A stretch of DNA of 64,000 bases from assembly GCA_016744975.1 (NCBI GenBank), contig JADGDI010000004.1, positions 8,159 to 72,158 on the forward strand, in the 5' to 3' direction. This stretch comes from Hyphomicrobiales bacterium (GTDB lineage: Bacteria > Pseudomonadota > Alphaproteobacteria > Rhizobiales > OSC116). The translations under genes and the position numbers were made by a program. Shown here piece after piece: positions 12,251 to 21,072 of the stretch (within the stretch, counting starts at the first letter, position 1; each line of letters starts with the position of its first letter). The notes under the pieces were generated by a model. It made no database searches and was not told the DNA's origin. It saw only the letters and a program-made list of their open reading frames with translations.

Positions 12251-13759
12251 ATGAATATTATGGAAGCAGCAGTGGCCGTCGCAGATTTAGATGTAAAATG
12301 GCAATCCGTACGTGAACAATTACGTAGTGAGCTTGGCGAAGACGTTTATTCAAGTTGGTTTACCCGAATGATGCCTGAGACATTTGATGGCGCAAATTTA
12401 ACGGTGTCGGTTCCGACGCGGTTTTTACGGTCTTGGATTCAATCGCATTATCGAGAAAAACTACTTAGTAATTGGCAGAAAGAAATTGATAATTTGACTC
12501 AGGTCGATATTCTTGTGCGCAGCTGCTCAACCCGCCAAGCAGCACCTAAGCAAGATAACTTACAAATTCCGCAGCAGGCAGGCGAAGGTGAAAAGCAAGC
12601 CTTTAACGATTGGACAGACAAAGGTCATGGGCTTAAGAGCTTTGGCAATAATGCGCCAGTGAGTGGACAGCGCAATGCGGGTGATTTTGCTGGTGTGCGC
12701 CGCAACAATGTTGTTGACCCGCGCCAAAGCTTTGAAACATTTGTTGTTGGTGATAGCAATGCCCTTGCGTTTCAAGCGGCCAAGCGAGTTGCTGATGGCA
12801 TGCCAAATGAGTTTGGTGGCTATCGCCCATTATTTATATATGGTGGTCCAGGCCTTGGTAAGACCCATCTGCTTAACGCCGTACGCCAACAGGTTATGTT
12901 TAAATATCCAGAGCGTAAAATGTTATATTTAACCGCTGAAGATTTTATTTGCCAATTTGTCAACGCACTTAAAAATCGCGATACATTGGCGTTTAAAGAA
13001 AAGTTACGTGCCACAGATTTGTTGTTAATAGATGATTTGCAGTTTTTGCAAGGCGAAAAGGTACAAGAAGAATTTGACCATACGTTCACTAATTTAGTAG
13101 AATCTGGTAAGCAGGTTGTATTGGCTGCTGATCAATCGCCAATTCAATTAAGCTGTTTGAATGATCGCATGCGCTCAAGGCTTTCAGGTGGGTTGGTTAT
13201 TGATATTTGCCCCAATGATTTTGACTTGCGGGTACGCATTTTAAAAGCCAAGGTGACCGAAGCCCAACGGGTTAACCCAACTCTGGCTGTGCCTTCAGAT
13301 GTGTTGCAATATATTGCTGAAAATGCATCACGTTGCGCGCGCGGCCTTGAAGGGGGCTTAGTTAGCGTATTGTCACGCGCTCAAAATGGGGTGATCACAT
13401 TGGATATGGCACGCAGCGCTTTGCGTAATCAGGTATCCATTGAAGAGAACCGCATCATTCGTGTGCATGATATTATAAAATCTGTATCGGATTTTTATCA
13501 AGTTTCTAAAGCCGATCTATTCTCGGCACGTCGCCATCGTTCAATAGTGCGCCCACGGCAAATTGGCATGTATTTGGCCAAAATGCTAACCTCGCGTAGT
13601 TTGCCAGAAATTGGCCGCCGGTTTGGTGGTCGCGATCATACAACTGTACTCCATGCGGTGCGGAAAATTGACGATTTACTGAAAAAAGACCCTATTTTGG
13701 CTGAAGAGGTGGCACGCCTTAAGCGTGAGATTGAGCTTGGCGATAGCATGCACCGTTAA
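12251..13759 (+). CDS. dnaA: Chromosomal replication initiator protein DnaA
   Basis: 502 aa. AAA+ Walker A GGPGLGKTHLL, LLIDDLQFL, and C-terminal DNA-binding domain ...RQIGMYLAK...GGRDHTTVLHA. Confidence 0.97.
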   Translation: MNIMEAAVAVADLDVKWQSVREQLRSELGEDVYSSWFTRMMPETFDGANLTVSVPTRFLRSWIQSHYREKLLSNWQKEIDNLTQVDILVRSCSTRQAAPKQDNLQIPQQAGEGEKQAFNDWTDKGHGLKSFGNNAPVSGQRNAGDFAGVRRNNVVDPRQSFETFVVGDSNALAFQAAKRVADGMPNEFGGYRPLFIYGGPGLGKTHLLNAVRQQVMFKYPERKMLYLTAEDFICQFVNALKNRDTLAFKEKLRATDLLLIDDLQFLQGEKVQEEFDHTFTNLVESGKQVVLAADQSPIQLSCLNDRMRSRLSGGLVIDICPNDFDLRVRILKAKVTEAQRVNPTLAVPSDVLQYIAENASRCARGLEGGLVSVLSRAQNGVITLDMARSALRNQVSIEENRIIRVHDIIKSVSDFYQVSKADLFSARRHRSIVRPRQIGMYLAKMLTSRSLPEIGRRFGGRDHTTVLHAVRKIDDLLKKDPILAEEVARLKREIELGDSMHR

Positions 13760-13971
13760 AAATGGTGTGATGCTTGATAAGTTACTAGAATGAACCTTCT
13801 TTGCCATCATTTTAGCATTAAGCTGAGTCTAACATATTGTTGGCTCGGCTATTCCTGTTTACATTTGTAAAATAAGCAAAGATTTTGCTTTCAAGGTGGT
13901 TAAAACTCTTATATTCTAAGGATCATAACTGATTCTGATGCTGAGTTTAGCGCCTAAATTTTAAGGATTTT

Positions 13972-15087
13972 ATGATGAAAGTGACCATTGAACGCGAAAC
14001 ATTGCTGAAATCACTCAACCATGTTCAAGGTGTCGTTGAACGGCGCAATACCATTCCTGTTTTGTCAAATATTCTGATTGCCGCCACAGGCGAGCAGGTG
14101 CATTTTACGGCAACGGATCTTGATATCAGCATTGTTGAAGGCATTGCAGCCATTGTTGACCAAGCAGGCAGCATTACCGCCCCTGCACATTTGCTTTATG
14201 ATATTGTGCGAAAACTGCCTGATGGCACGCAAATTTCGATCGAAAAAGTTGAAGACACCCGTATTGATATCCGCTCTGGTCGCTCGCACTTTACGTTGCA
14301 GGCCTTATCGGCAGATGACTTTCCAAACCTTGCCTCTGGGGAGATGAGCCATGAATTTAGCATGACGGTTACCCAGTTAAAACGGATGATTGAAAAAACC
14401 CGCTTTGCGATCAGTACCGAAGAAACCCGCTATTACCTCAATGGGATTTATTTCCATGTCAGTGAAGATGATAGCCCGAAGCTATGCGCTGTTGCAACTG
14501 ATGGTCATCGACTTGCTAAAGTTGAGATGGATGTGCCAGAAGGCGCATCTGGCATGCCTGGTATTATTTTACCACGCAAAACCGTTGGTGAATTGCATAA
14601 ATTGCTTGAAGCGAGTGATGAGAGTGTGACCATTGCATTATCGGATAGTAAAATAGAATTTCGCATTGGCCAAACCGTTGTAACTTCAAAATTAATTGAT
14701 GGCACATTTCCTGCTTATGACCGAGTTATCCCAAGTGGCAATGAAAATGCGATGTCGGTTGAAACCAAGGTGCTAACCAAAGCGGTTGATCGAGTGTCTA
14801 CTGTGGCCAATGACCGAGGACGTGCTGTGAAGCTTACTTTGGCTAAAGATGTTCTTACGTTAGAAGTGAATAATCCTGAAAGCGGCCATGCTGAAGAAGA
14901 GCTGATGGTTGATTATCAGGCAGTGAATTTGGAAACTGGCTTTAATGCCAAATATATGCTGGACGTATTGAACCAATTAGAGGGTGATAATGTTGAGTTT
15001 TTATTTGCTGAAAGCATTGACCCTGTATTGGTTAAAGACCAAGGTGATGAAGGTACAATTTATGTGCTGATGCCAATGAGAGTTTAG
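13972..15087 (+). CDS. dnaN: DNA polymerase III beta sliding clamp
   Basis: 371 aa. MKVTIERE...RRNTIPVLSNILI... and C-terminal YVLMPMRV. dnaA-dnaN-recF synteny. Confidence 0.97.
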   Translation: MMKVTIERETLLKSLNHVQGVVERRNTIPVLSNILIAATGEQVHFTATDLDISIVEGIAAIVDQAGSITAPAHLLYDIVRKLPDGTQISIEKVEDTRIDIRSGRSHFTLQALSADDFPNLASGEMSHEFSMTVTQLKRMIEKTRFAISTEETRYYLNGIYFHVSEDDSPKLCAVATDGHRLAKVEMDVPEGASGMPGIILPRKTVGELHKLLEASDESVTIALSDSKIEFRIGQTVVTSKLIDGTFPAYDRVIPSGNENAMSVETKVLTKAVDRVSTVANDRGRAVKLTLAKDVLTLEVNNPESGHAEEELMVDYQAVNLETGFNAKYMLDVLNQLEGDNVEFLFAESIDPVLVKDQGDEGTIYVLMPMRV

Positions 15088-15138
15088 TTGGGCGTTGCTC
15101 ATTAAATTTATTGATCTTTATAAATTGGAGATAGTTTT

Positions 15139-16332
15139 ATCGCCTATATTTCGGAATTACGGTTAGAGAATTTTCGTAATTATCGACAATTATCACTAAA
15201 CCTGTCGGCAGAAACCAGCATATTTTTTGGTGCTAATGGCAGTGGTAAAACCAATATTTTAGAAGCATTATCCTATTTAACTTCGGGGCGCGGCTTACGG
15301 CGTGCAAGCCTTAGTGACGTGGTAAGACATGAGCAAAGTAATGATGAGCATATAGTAAATTCACCAAATGGGTTTAGTATCTTTTGCAACATTACCCATG
15401 CTTATGATGATGTAAAGATTGGTGTGGGTGCTAGGCTTAACGAGGTTCAAAATACCAAATATTCCTCTGGCGCAAGCAACGCAATGTCTGGTTTGAAATA
15501 TAGCAAAGAAATTCGTATTGATGGTGAGACTCATAAAAATAGTGTCGCGCTTGGCGACTATGTTAGGGCAATTTGGCTCACCCCATCGTTAGACCGACTT
15601 TTTACTGGCCCGGCAGCCGACAGGCGTAAGTTTTTTGACCGTTTTGTTACAGGGTTTGACCCCGCACATAATGCCCGCACCGCACGATTTGAAAAAGCCA
15701 TGCGGGAGCGTAACAAACTACTTGAAAAAAATATTTTGGACGATGTTTGGCTACGTGGTATTGAAGTTCAAATGGCCGAGCAGGCTGTGGCTATTGCCGC
15801 TGCCAGACGCGAAGTTGCGCTGCATTTAAGCGCGCTGTTAAGTGCGGGTCAAAAAACTGCTTTTCCTTTTGCGCGTATTGTTATGCAAGGTGATTTAGAG
15901 CAGATGATTGGTGAAAAATCTGCGATTGAAGTTGAGGAATATTATCTTGAACGCCTAAAAAATAACCGCCAGTTTGATCAGCAATCGGGACGAACTCAAT
16001 TTGGACCGCATAAATCTGATCTGTTGGCATGGCATGGTGCTAAAAATATTGAAGCAAAAAAATGCTCAACGGGCGAGCAGAAAGCGCTGCTCATTGCACT
16101 GCTACTTGCCCACGCAAAATTGGTAAAACAGGTTGCTGGCGATGCAATATTAATTATGTTATTGGATGAAATCACTGCGCATTTAGACGCCACGCGCCGC
16201 GCGGCATTATTTGAAGAGTTGGGAAATTTGGGCGCGCAATTATTTATGACGGGCACCGATAGGAGCTTATTCAGCGCATTAGAGAAAAATAGCAATATAT
16301 TTGAAATTAATGATGGCCTGATTGTAGGTTAA
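15139..16332 (+). CDS. recF: DNA replication/repair protein RecF (probable non-canonical ATC start)
   Basis: RecF N-terminal homology (AYISELRLENFRNY..., Walker A GANGSGKTNILEAL) lies upstream of the ORF-track start GTG 15319, in the same frame after TAA 15121-15123. GGAGA (15127-15131) sits 7 nt before ATC 15139. C-terminal ABC-type signature and Walker B (LIMLLDEITAHLD). Confidence 0.8.
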   Translation: MAYISELRLENFRNYRQLSLNLSAETSIFFGANGSGKTNILEALSYLTSGRGLRRASLSDVVRHEQSNDEHIVNSPNGFSIFCNITHAYDDVKIGVGARLNEVQNTKYSSGASNAMSGLKYSKEIRIDGETHKNSVALGDYVRAIWLTPSLDRLFTGPAADRRKFFDRFVTGFDPAHNARTARFEKAMRERNKLLEKNILDDVWLRGIEVQMAEQAVAIAAARREVALHLSALLSAGQKTAFPFARIVMQGDLEQMIGEKSAIEVEEYYLERLKNNRQFDQQSGRTQFGPHKSDLLAWHGAKNIEAKKCSTGEQKALLIALLLAHAKLVKQVAGDAILIMLLDEITAHLDATRRAALFEELGNLGAQLFMTGTDRSLFSALEKNSNIFEINDGLIVG

Positions 16333-16366
16333 TTGGATAAAATTGCATTATGAAGATAAATAATAA

Positions 16367-16966
16367 TCAACCCGCAATCTCTAATTTTAACATATCAATC
16401 AAGAGGTTAATATCAAGTGGTTTTCTATTGCGGTCGCTGTTGTTAATAACGCCTTTGCGTTCAAAATTCACATAGCCTTCTAACATTGTCCAAACCGCAA
16501 TTTGGGTAATTTCTGCATCACCATAAGGGTGGTTGAACGGCGCGCAAATATCAATTAGAACCTGATATGCGCTGTCAGCGGCTGTATTCCATTTCTCATC
16601 GTCATTATAGCAGTTTGTTTTATCGAAAATAATACTAGCCAATGCGCTATTCTCGCGGGAGAATTTTAAATAGCCGATACAGCAGCCATGCAGTCGTGAT
16701 TTTGGATCATCATGAGCTGCCGCAATATTAACATTCATTTCATCGGCAAAAAGCAAAAAGCCTCTCGTTATGATTGCAGTCATCAAGCCTTTTAGCCCTT
16801 TGAAATGATGTGCTGGAGCGGCGTGGGATACCCCAGCGCGTGCTGCACATTTTCGCAAAGTTAGCGCATCAACGCCGCCTTCATTTAGCAAGCTTATGCC
16901 TGCCTCAATCAAAGCTTCACTGAGGTCGCCATGATGGTGCGGCTTCTGCTCATTTTGTTTGGTCAT
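16367..16966 (-). CDS. TetR family transcriptional regulator
   Basis: N-terminal HTH region LIEAGISLLNEGGVDALTLRKCAARAGVSHAAPAHHF. ATG 16966 is preferred over TTG 16981. Divergent from a membrane-protein gene. Confidence 0.85.
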   Translation of the reverse strand: MTKQNEQKPHHHGDLSEALIEAGISLLNEGGVDALTLRKCAARAGVSHAAPAHHFKGLKGLMTAIITRGFLLFADEMNVNIAAAHDDPKSRLHGCCIGYLKFSRENSALASIIFDKTNCYNDDEKWNTAADSAYQVLIDICAPFNHPYGDAEITQIAVWTMLEGYVNFERKGVINNSDRNRKPLDINLLIDMLKLEIAG

Positions 16967-16985
16967 TATCCATTGATACAAGATT

Positions 16986-17039
16986 AGCTTGACAGTGTCA
17001 ATTTTAATACTTATACAAACAGCTTTACACTGTCAAGCT
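16986..17039. promoter_or_regulatory. Two mirror-image 13-bp palindromic operator candidates in the TetR divergon
   Basis: TTGACAGTGTCAA (16989-17001, perfect 6+1+6 palindrome) and TTTACACTGTCAA (17024-17036, one mismatch). The outer arms AGCTTGACAGTGT (16986-16998) and ACACTGTCAAGCT (17027-17039) are exact reverse complements. Centres are 35 bp apart. Confidence 0.55.
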
Positions 17040-17064
17040 TTTGGATGATGGTTGAAACCCCGCT

Positions 17065-17724
17065 ATGGAGATTGTGATGAAAATGAAAAAAGCTTTTGGG
17101 TTAGCCAGCCTTGGTTGGGCAATGATGGCGCTTTTAACCATTGGCGTTAGTGCCAATATGTATAATTATTACCAAACAGGTATGCCCAATGCATTCCAGC
17201 CTGACCTATATGTCAGCCATAAAGTTCAACTACTTTGTCATATTACAGGTGCGATAATTGCTGCATTGGCAGGGCTTACTCAGTTTAGCGCCAAATTTCG
17301 TATTAACCACCCAACTTTACACAGAGTTTTGGGGTATATTTATATAGGCGGCATTGCCATTTCCGCACCAGCGGGGTTTCTAATGGCCCTAATATCCAAA
17401 GGTGGATTGGTGACGCATATTGGCTTTGGTATCTTGGCGGTTCTTTGGGCTTTTGCCACATTTAAAGCGCTTTATCATGTCATTAAGGGAGATATTCAAT
17501 TGCATCATCAATGGATGATCCGTTCATATGCATTGACATTTGCATTTGTAACATTGCGGCTTTGGATTGGTGTTTTGATGGTCATTAATAAAGGTCAAAA
17601 TTTTGACGAGATTTATCAAACTGTGGCGTGGCTTTGCTGGGTGCCTAATTTATTGATTGTTGATTATTTTATTGCGCGAAACAATAATAAGAAAATCTTA
17701 AAATCAAATATTCCACACGACTAA
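17065..17724 (+). CDS. Multi-pass integral membrane protein (DUF2306-like, family call tentative)
   Basis: 219 aa with ~6 hydrophobic segments and His-rich loops (HRVLGYIY, QLHHQWMIRSY). Start ambiguous (17065, 17077 or 17083). Divergent from TetR. Confidence 0.6.
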   Translation: MEIVMKMKKAFGLASLGWAMMALLTIGVSANMYNYYQTGMPNAFQPDLYVSHKVQLLCHITGAIIAALAGLTQFSAKFRINHPTLHRVLGYIYIGGIAISAPAGFLMALISKGGLVTHIGFGILAVLWAFATFKALYHVIKGDIQLHHQWMIRSYALTFAFVTLRLWIGVLMVINKGQNFDEIYQTVAWLCWVPNLLIVDYFIARNNNKKILKSNIPHD

Positions 17725-17732
17725 ATAGTTAT

Positions 17733-18338
17733 TTAAAATGGCTTTCTGGCTTTGACTGCTGCACTTAGAGTGCCTTCATCAAGATAATCCAACTCGCCAC
17801 CAACGGGGACACCATGTGCTAGCATGGTTACCTCAACATCGCAATATTCAAGCGCATCGGTAATATAATGTGCGGTGGTTTGACCGTCAATGGTGGCATT
17901 CAGTGCTAATAATATTTCTTTGATTTCTACTTTCTCGGCGCGCTCTACCAGCTTTTTAATATTCAATTGATCTGGCCCAATGCCGTCAAGTGCTGACAAT
18001 GTGCCGCCTAATACCAAATATCTGCCTTTAATTGCCGAAGCACGTTCCAGCGCCCAAAGATCGGCAACATGTTCGACGACACAAATCACTTCACTGGCGC
18101 GTTTGGGATTGTTGCAAATACCGCAGGGATCGCTGATATCAAGATTGCCACATTGGTTGCAAGTTTGAATTTTTTCAGCAGCTTCCTCGCAGGCTCGGCC
18201 AAGCGGGCGTAGCAACTGTTCCTTTTTTTTAAGCAAGTGCAAGGTGGCGCGGCGCGCACTTCTTGGTCCAAGGCCAGGTAGGCGCGATAAAATTTGAATC
18301 AATGCCTCGATTTCGGCACCTGCTTTATGACCGCTCAT
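17733..18338 (-). CDS. recR: Recombination protein RecR
   Basis: 201 aa. Hh[13 protein letters not shown]4 zinc finger [16 protein letters not shown] and a Toprim domain. dnaX-ybaB-recR synteny. Confidence 0.95.
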   Translation of the reverse strand: MSGHKAGAEIEALIQILSRLPGLGPRSARRATLHLLKKKEQLLRPLGRACEEAAEKIQTCNQCGNLDISDPCGICNNPKRASEVICVVEHVADLWALERASAIKGRYLVLGGTLSALDGIGPDQLNIKKLVERAEKVEIKEILLALNATIDGQTTAHYITDALEYCDVEVTMLAHGVPVGGELDYLDEGTLSAAVKARKPF

Positions 18339-18380
18339 AATTTTCCCATTTATTTAGCTACATATTAATAATGGCAGGTG

Positions 18381-18716
18381 TTAAAAGCCCATGCCTTCAG
18401 GCAATTGTAATCCACCCATAATTTCTTTGGTTTTTTCTGCAACCATGGCTTCTGACTTTTGTTTGGCATCATTATGAGCAGCCATAATCAAATCTTCCAG
18501 AATTTCGGCTTCATCTGGAGTGATTAAGCTTGGGTCAATATGCATGGCTTTGATGAGACCTTTGCCATTTAAAGTGACTTTAACTAGGCCGCCACCTGAT
18601 ACGCCTTGGGCGGTTAATAACTCTATTTCTGCCTGCATATCGCCCATCTTGGCTTGCATTTCTTGAGCTTGCTTCATCATTTTGCCCATATCGCCCATTT
18701 TACCAAACATAGTCAT
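18381..18716 (-). CDS. ybaB: Nucleoid-associated protein YbaB/EbfC
   Basis: 111 aa. [12 protein letters not shown]...[13 protein letters not shown]... Conserved position between dnaX and recR. Confidence 0.9.
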   Translation of the reverse strand: MTMFGKMGDMGKMMKQAQEMQAKMGDMQAEIELLTAQGVSGGGLVKVTLNGKGLIKAMHIDPSLITPDEAEILEDLIMAAHNDAKQKSEAMVAEKTKEIMGGLQLPEGMGF

Positions 18717-18736
18717 TCCTTGTTTTTAGTTTACTT

Positions 18737-20776
18737 TTATGAATCTGACTTTTGAACCAGCTCATCTAAATTTATAATTTTACTAACAATTGCACCTTCA
18801 AATTGTGCCAATGTATATTTTATCAGCGCTTCTTGGCTGAATTTTCTAACCTCTTCGGCAAATTTTTCTAATGCTTGCTCGCGTAAGGTTTTAGCGGCAT
18901 ATTCAACGGCCTTATGATCAAACATAATCAGCCAATTGTCGCCCGTCCATTCTTGTAATAAGGCGCCCAATTGTTGGGGCAGGGCTTTGTCGGCTTGTGG
19001 CAGGGGTTTTAAAATCACCTCGCCGATTTTATAACTAACGAGCAAAACATTGTCCAAAATCTCGCGACGGAGTAATAATTCTCGCTTTTTGCCCAATGTA
19101 GTAACAAGTTCTTCTAATGATTTAGGGCTGTAAATTAAGCCAGTTGCTAAGGGTATAATTTCAGCTTCTTGATGGCCAAATTCGGCAGCGGCTTCATCAG
19201 AAATGGCATAAAATGCAGCGTCATCCTCGGGCGAAATAGTTTGAAGGATGGGTGCATTATCGGTATAGTCATCATAGCCAACATCAAAGCCATCTTGGCT
19301 TATATCACCCGCTGACTTTTTGGGGTGTAATGCAACCACATTGTTGTGTTTTGGCTCTGTAAGCTCAACTTCTGGGGCAACTTTAATGTCTAGTGCTTGC
19401 GCAACATTACTGCTGTTTGGGAAACTTAATAAAGCGGTACTTGCTGTATTGGGTGGTGTTAATGAAGCCATGTTCTGCGAAGGCGCCGCAACATGAGCAA
19501 CATTACTGGGGGTAGAGGATGGTGCGGCGGGCTTTGAAATTTGAACCGTATTTGTTGCGTCAGTGTCATTAAGCTGCATTAATTTTTTAATCACATCATC
19601 AGGATTGGGCAATTGAGCGCCATAGCCTAAGCGAATTAATGCCATTTCTGCAGCGGCAAAGGGTTTTGGGGCATTTTTTACTTCTTCCATGCCTTTTAGC
19701 AGCATTTGCCAAGCTTTGGCTAGGCTTCGCATGGACAATTTAGCGGCAAATTGATTGCCTTTATCATGGGCCTCTTTTGACCAGATATTATCTTGTAAGT
19801 TAGGGATAACCTTGAGGCGGGTGATCCAATGGCTGATCTCGGCAAGTTCGGTCATAATGCGCAATGGATCAGCGCCTTCGTCATATTGGTCTTTGAACTC
19901 AGCCAATGCCTCAGGTAATTTACCCTGCATTAAATTCTCAAACAGGCTAAACATCCGCATTCGATCGGCAATGCCTAGCATTAACCTGACATTATCAGCA
20001 GAGACTTTGCACCCAGATTGACCTGCACCCCCAGCCATGGCTATGGCTTGATCTAAAATCGACAGACCATCACGAGCGCTGCCTTCGGATGCCTGGGCGA
20101 TGATTGCCAAGGCATCATCACTAACCGCTGCGCCTTCTTTTGTTGCGATATCGCCAAACAGGGTTTTAAGCTGGGCGGCATCTATCCGCCTTAGATCAAA
20201 CCGTTGACAACGCGATAATATGGTGACTGGGATTTTTTGGATTTCGGTGGTTGCGAATATAAATTTAACATGTTCTGGCGGTTCTTCAAGTGTTTTGAGC
20301 AGGCCGTTAAATGCCGCTGTGGTCAGCATATGCACTTCGTCAATAATATAGACTTTATAACGGGCATTGACCGGTTTATAGCGTACAGATTCGATAATCT
20401 CGCGTATATCGCCAATACCTGTGCGCGATGCGGCGTCCATCTCAAACACATCTATATGGCGGCTGTCCATAATATCTTGGCAATGTATGCCAAGTTCTTT
20501 TAGCTGTGTGCTTGGTTTATTAATGCTGCCATCTTTGCTTTGATAATTAAGCGCACGGGCTAAAATTCTAGCGGTTGTGGTTTTGCCAATGCCTCTAACG
20601 CCAGTGAGAATATAGGCTTGTGCAATGCGGCCAGAATTAAACGCGTTTTCTAGCGTTTGTACCATGGCGCCATGGCCGATCATATCTTCAAAATTATGTG
20701 GGCGATATTTGCGGGCTAAAACCTGATAGGTTTCGCCTTTTGCTGTGCCTTCAGAATTTTTTTCATCATCGCTCAT
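18737..20776 (-). CDS. dnaX: DNA polymerase III subunits gamma/tau
   Basis: 679 aa. Walker A GVRGIGKTTTARILA, Walker B IIDEVHMLT, SRCQRF sensor, and a long low-complexity tau C-terminal half. Confidence 0.95.
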   Translation of the reverse strand: MSDDEKNSEGTAKGETYQVLARKYRPHNFEDMIGHGAMVQTLENAFNSGRIAQAYILTGVRGIGKTTTARILARALNYQSKDGSINKPSTQLKELGIHCQDIMDSRHIDVFEMDAASRTGIGDIREIIESVRYKPVNARYKVYIIDEVHMLTTAAFNGLLKTLEEPPEHVKFIFATTEIQKIPVTILSRCQRFDLRRIDAAQLKTLFGDIATKEGAAVSDDALAIIAQASEGSARDGLSILDQAIAMAGGAGQSGCKVSADNVRLMLGIADRMRMFSLFENLMQGKLPEALAEFKDQYDEGADPLRIMTELAEISHWITRLKVIPNLQDNIWSKEAHDKGNQFAAKLSMRSLAKAWQMLLKGMEEVKNAPKPFAAAEMALIRLGYGAQLPNPDDVIKKLMQLNDTDATNTVQISKPAAPSSTPSNVAHVAAPSQNMASLTPPNTASTALLSFPNSSNVAQALDIKVAPEVELTEPKHNNVVALHPKKSAGDISQDGFDVGYDDYTDNAPILQTISPEDDAAFYAISDEAAAEFGHQEAEIIPLATGLIYSPKSLEELVTTLGKKRELLLRREILDNVLLVSYKIGEVILKPLPQADKALPQQLGALLQEWTGDNWLIMFDHKAVEYAAKTLREQALEKFAEEVRKFSQEALIKYTLAQFEGAIVSKIINLDELVQKSDS

Positions 20777-20881
20777 AATTTACCACTTTTATACCGTCAA
20801 TATTGCTTGACCACATTAGTCAAAATATAGCCAATGTGCAATTGAATATGCATTTAGAATGTAGAGAGAATAAGGGGACTT

Positions 20882-20925
20882 GACTTTAGAGAATAGGAAA
20901 CTGGACTTTAGAGAATAGGAAACTG
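20882..20925. repeat. 22-bp tandem duplication (GACTTTAGAGAATAGGAAACTG x2) overlapping the 3' end of ffs
   Basis: Identical units at 20882-20903 and 20904-20925. A diverged third copy lies just upstream (~20860-20881). Confidence 0.9.
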
Positions 20926-21011
20926 GACAATGACCCATGAAAGATTCGTTGTGGCTGCTTCCTTCCGGATCTGACCAGGTTGGCGAAAGACACGTCCATC
21001 GCCAGCTTCCC
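20918..21011 (-). ncRNA. ffs: Signal recognition particle RNA (small/4.5S type)
   Basis: The minus strand reads ...CCAACCUGGUCAGAUCCGGAAGGAAGCAGCCACAACG..., matching the conserved domain IV of E. coli 4.5S RNA (ACCAGGUCAGGUCCGGAAGGAAGCAGCCA). The 5' GGAAGCUGG pairs with the 3' CCAGUUUCC. The gene has the usual position upstream of dnaX. The ends are approximate. Confidence 0.85.
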
Positions 21012-21017
21012 ACTGCC

Positions 21018-21046
21018 TATATGATATATTTACCCGCCAGTTTCAA
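21018..21046 (-). promoter_or_regulatory. Candidate promoter of ffs
   Basis: Minus strand TTGAAA (21046-21041), 17 nt, CATATA (21023-21018), ~7 nt before the predicted 5' GGGAAGC of the SRP RNA. Confidence 0.4.
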
Positions 21047-21072
21047 GTATTTTTTGTAGTTTTGAATATTTT

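Noticed and set aside
15319-16332. ORF-track start of recF at GTG 15319
   Set aside because: It would remove the N-terminal 60 residues, including the Walker A GANGSGKT. That motif is clearly encoded in the same frame upstream.
19569-19590. Possible programmed -1 frameshift or slippage site in dnaX (AUU AAA AAA UUA at residue ~398, with a -1 frame stop 5 codons later)
   Set aside because: The position resembles the E. coli gamma/tau boundary. However, the heptamer is not a canonical X XXY YYZ site in the zero frame, and I saw no downstream stem-loop. A6 runs and nearby off-frame stops are expected by chance in AT-rich DNA. Alphaproteobacteria such as Caulobacter are reported to make gamma by proteolysis. 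It is only worth testing if a ~45-kDa DnaX product is observed.
20816-21013. 65-aa ORF on the minus strand between dnaX and pheA
   Set aside because: It is superimposed on the SRP RNA gene and its tandem repeats. The conserved CCGGAAGGAAGCAGCC core explains the sequence better than a coding call does.
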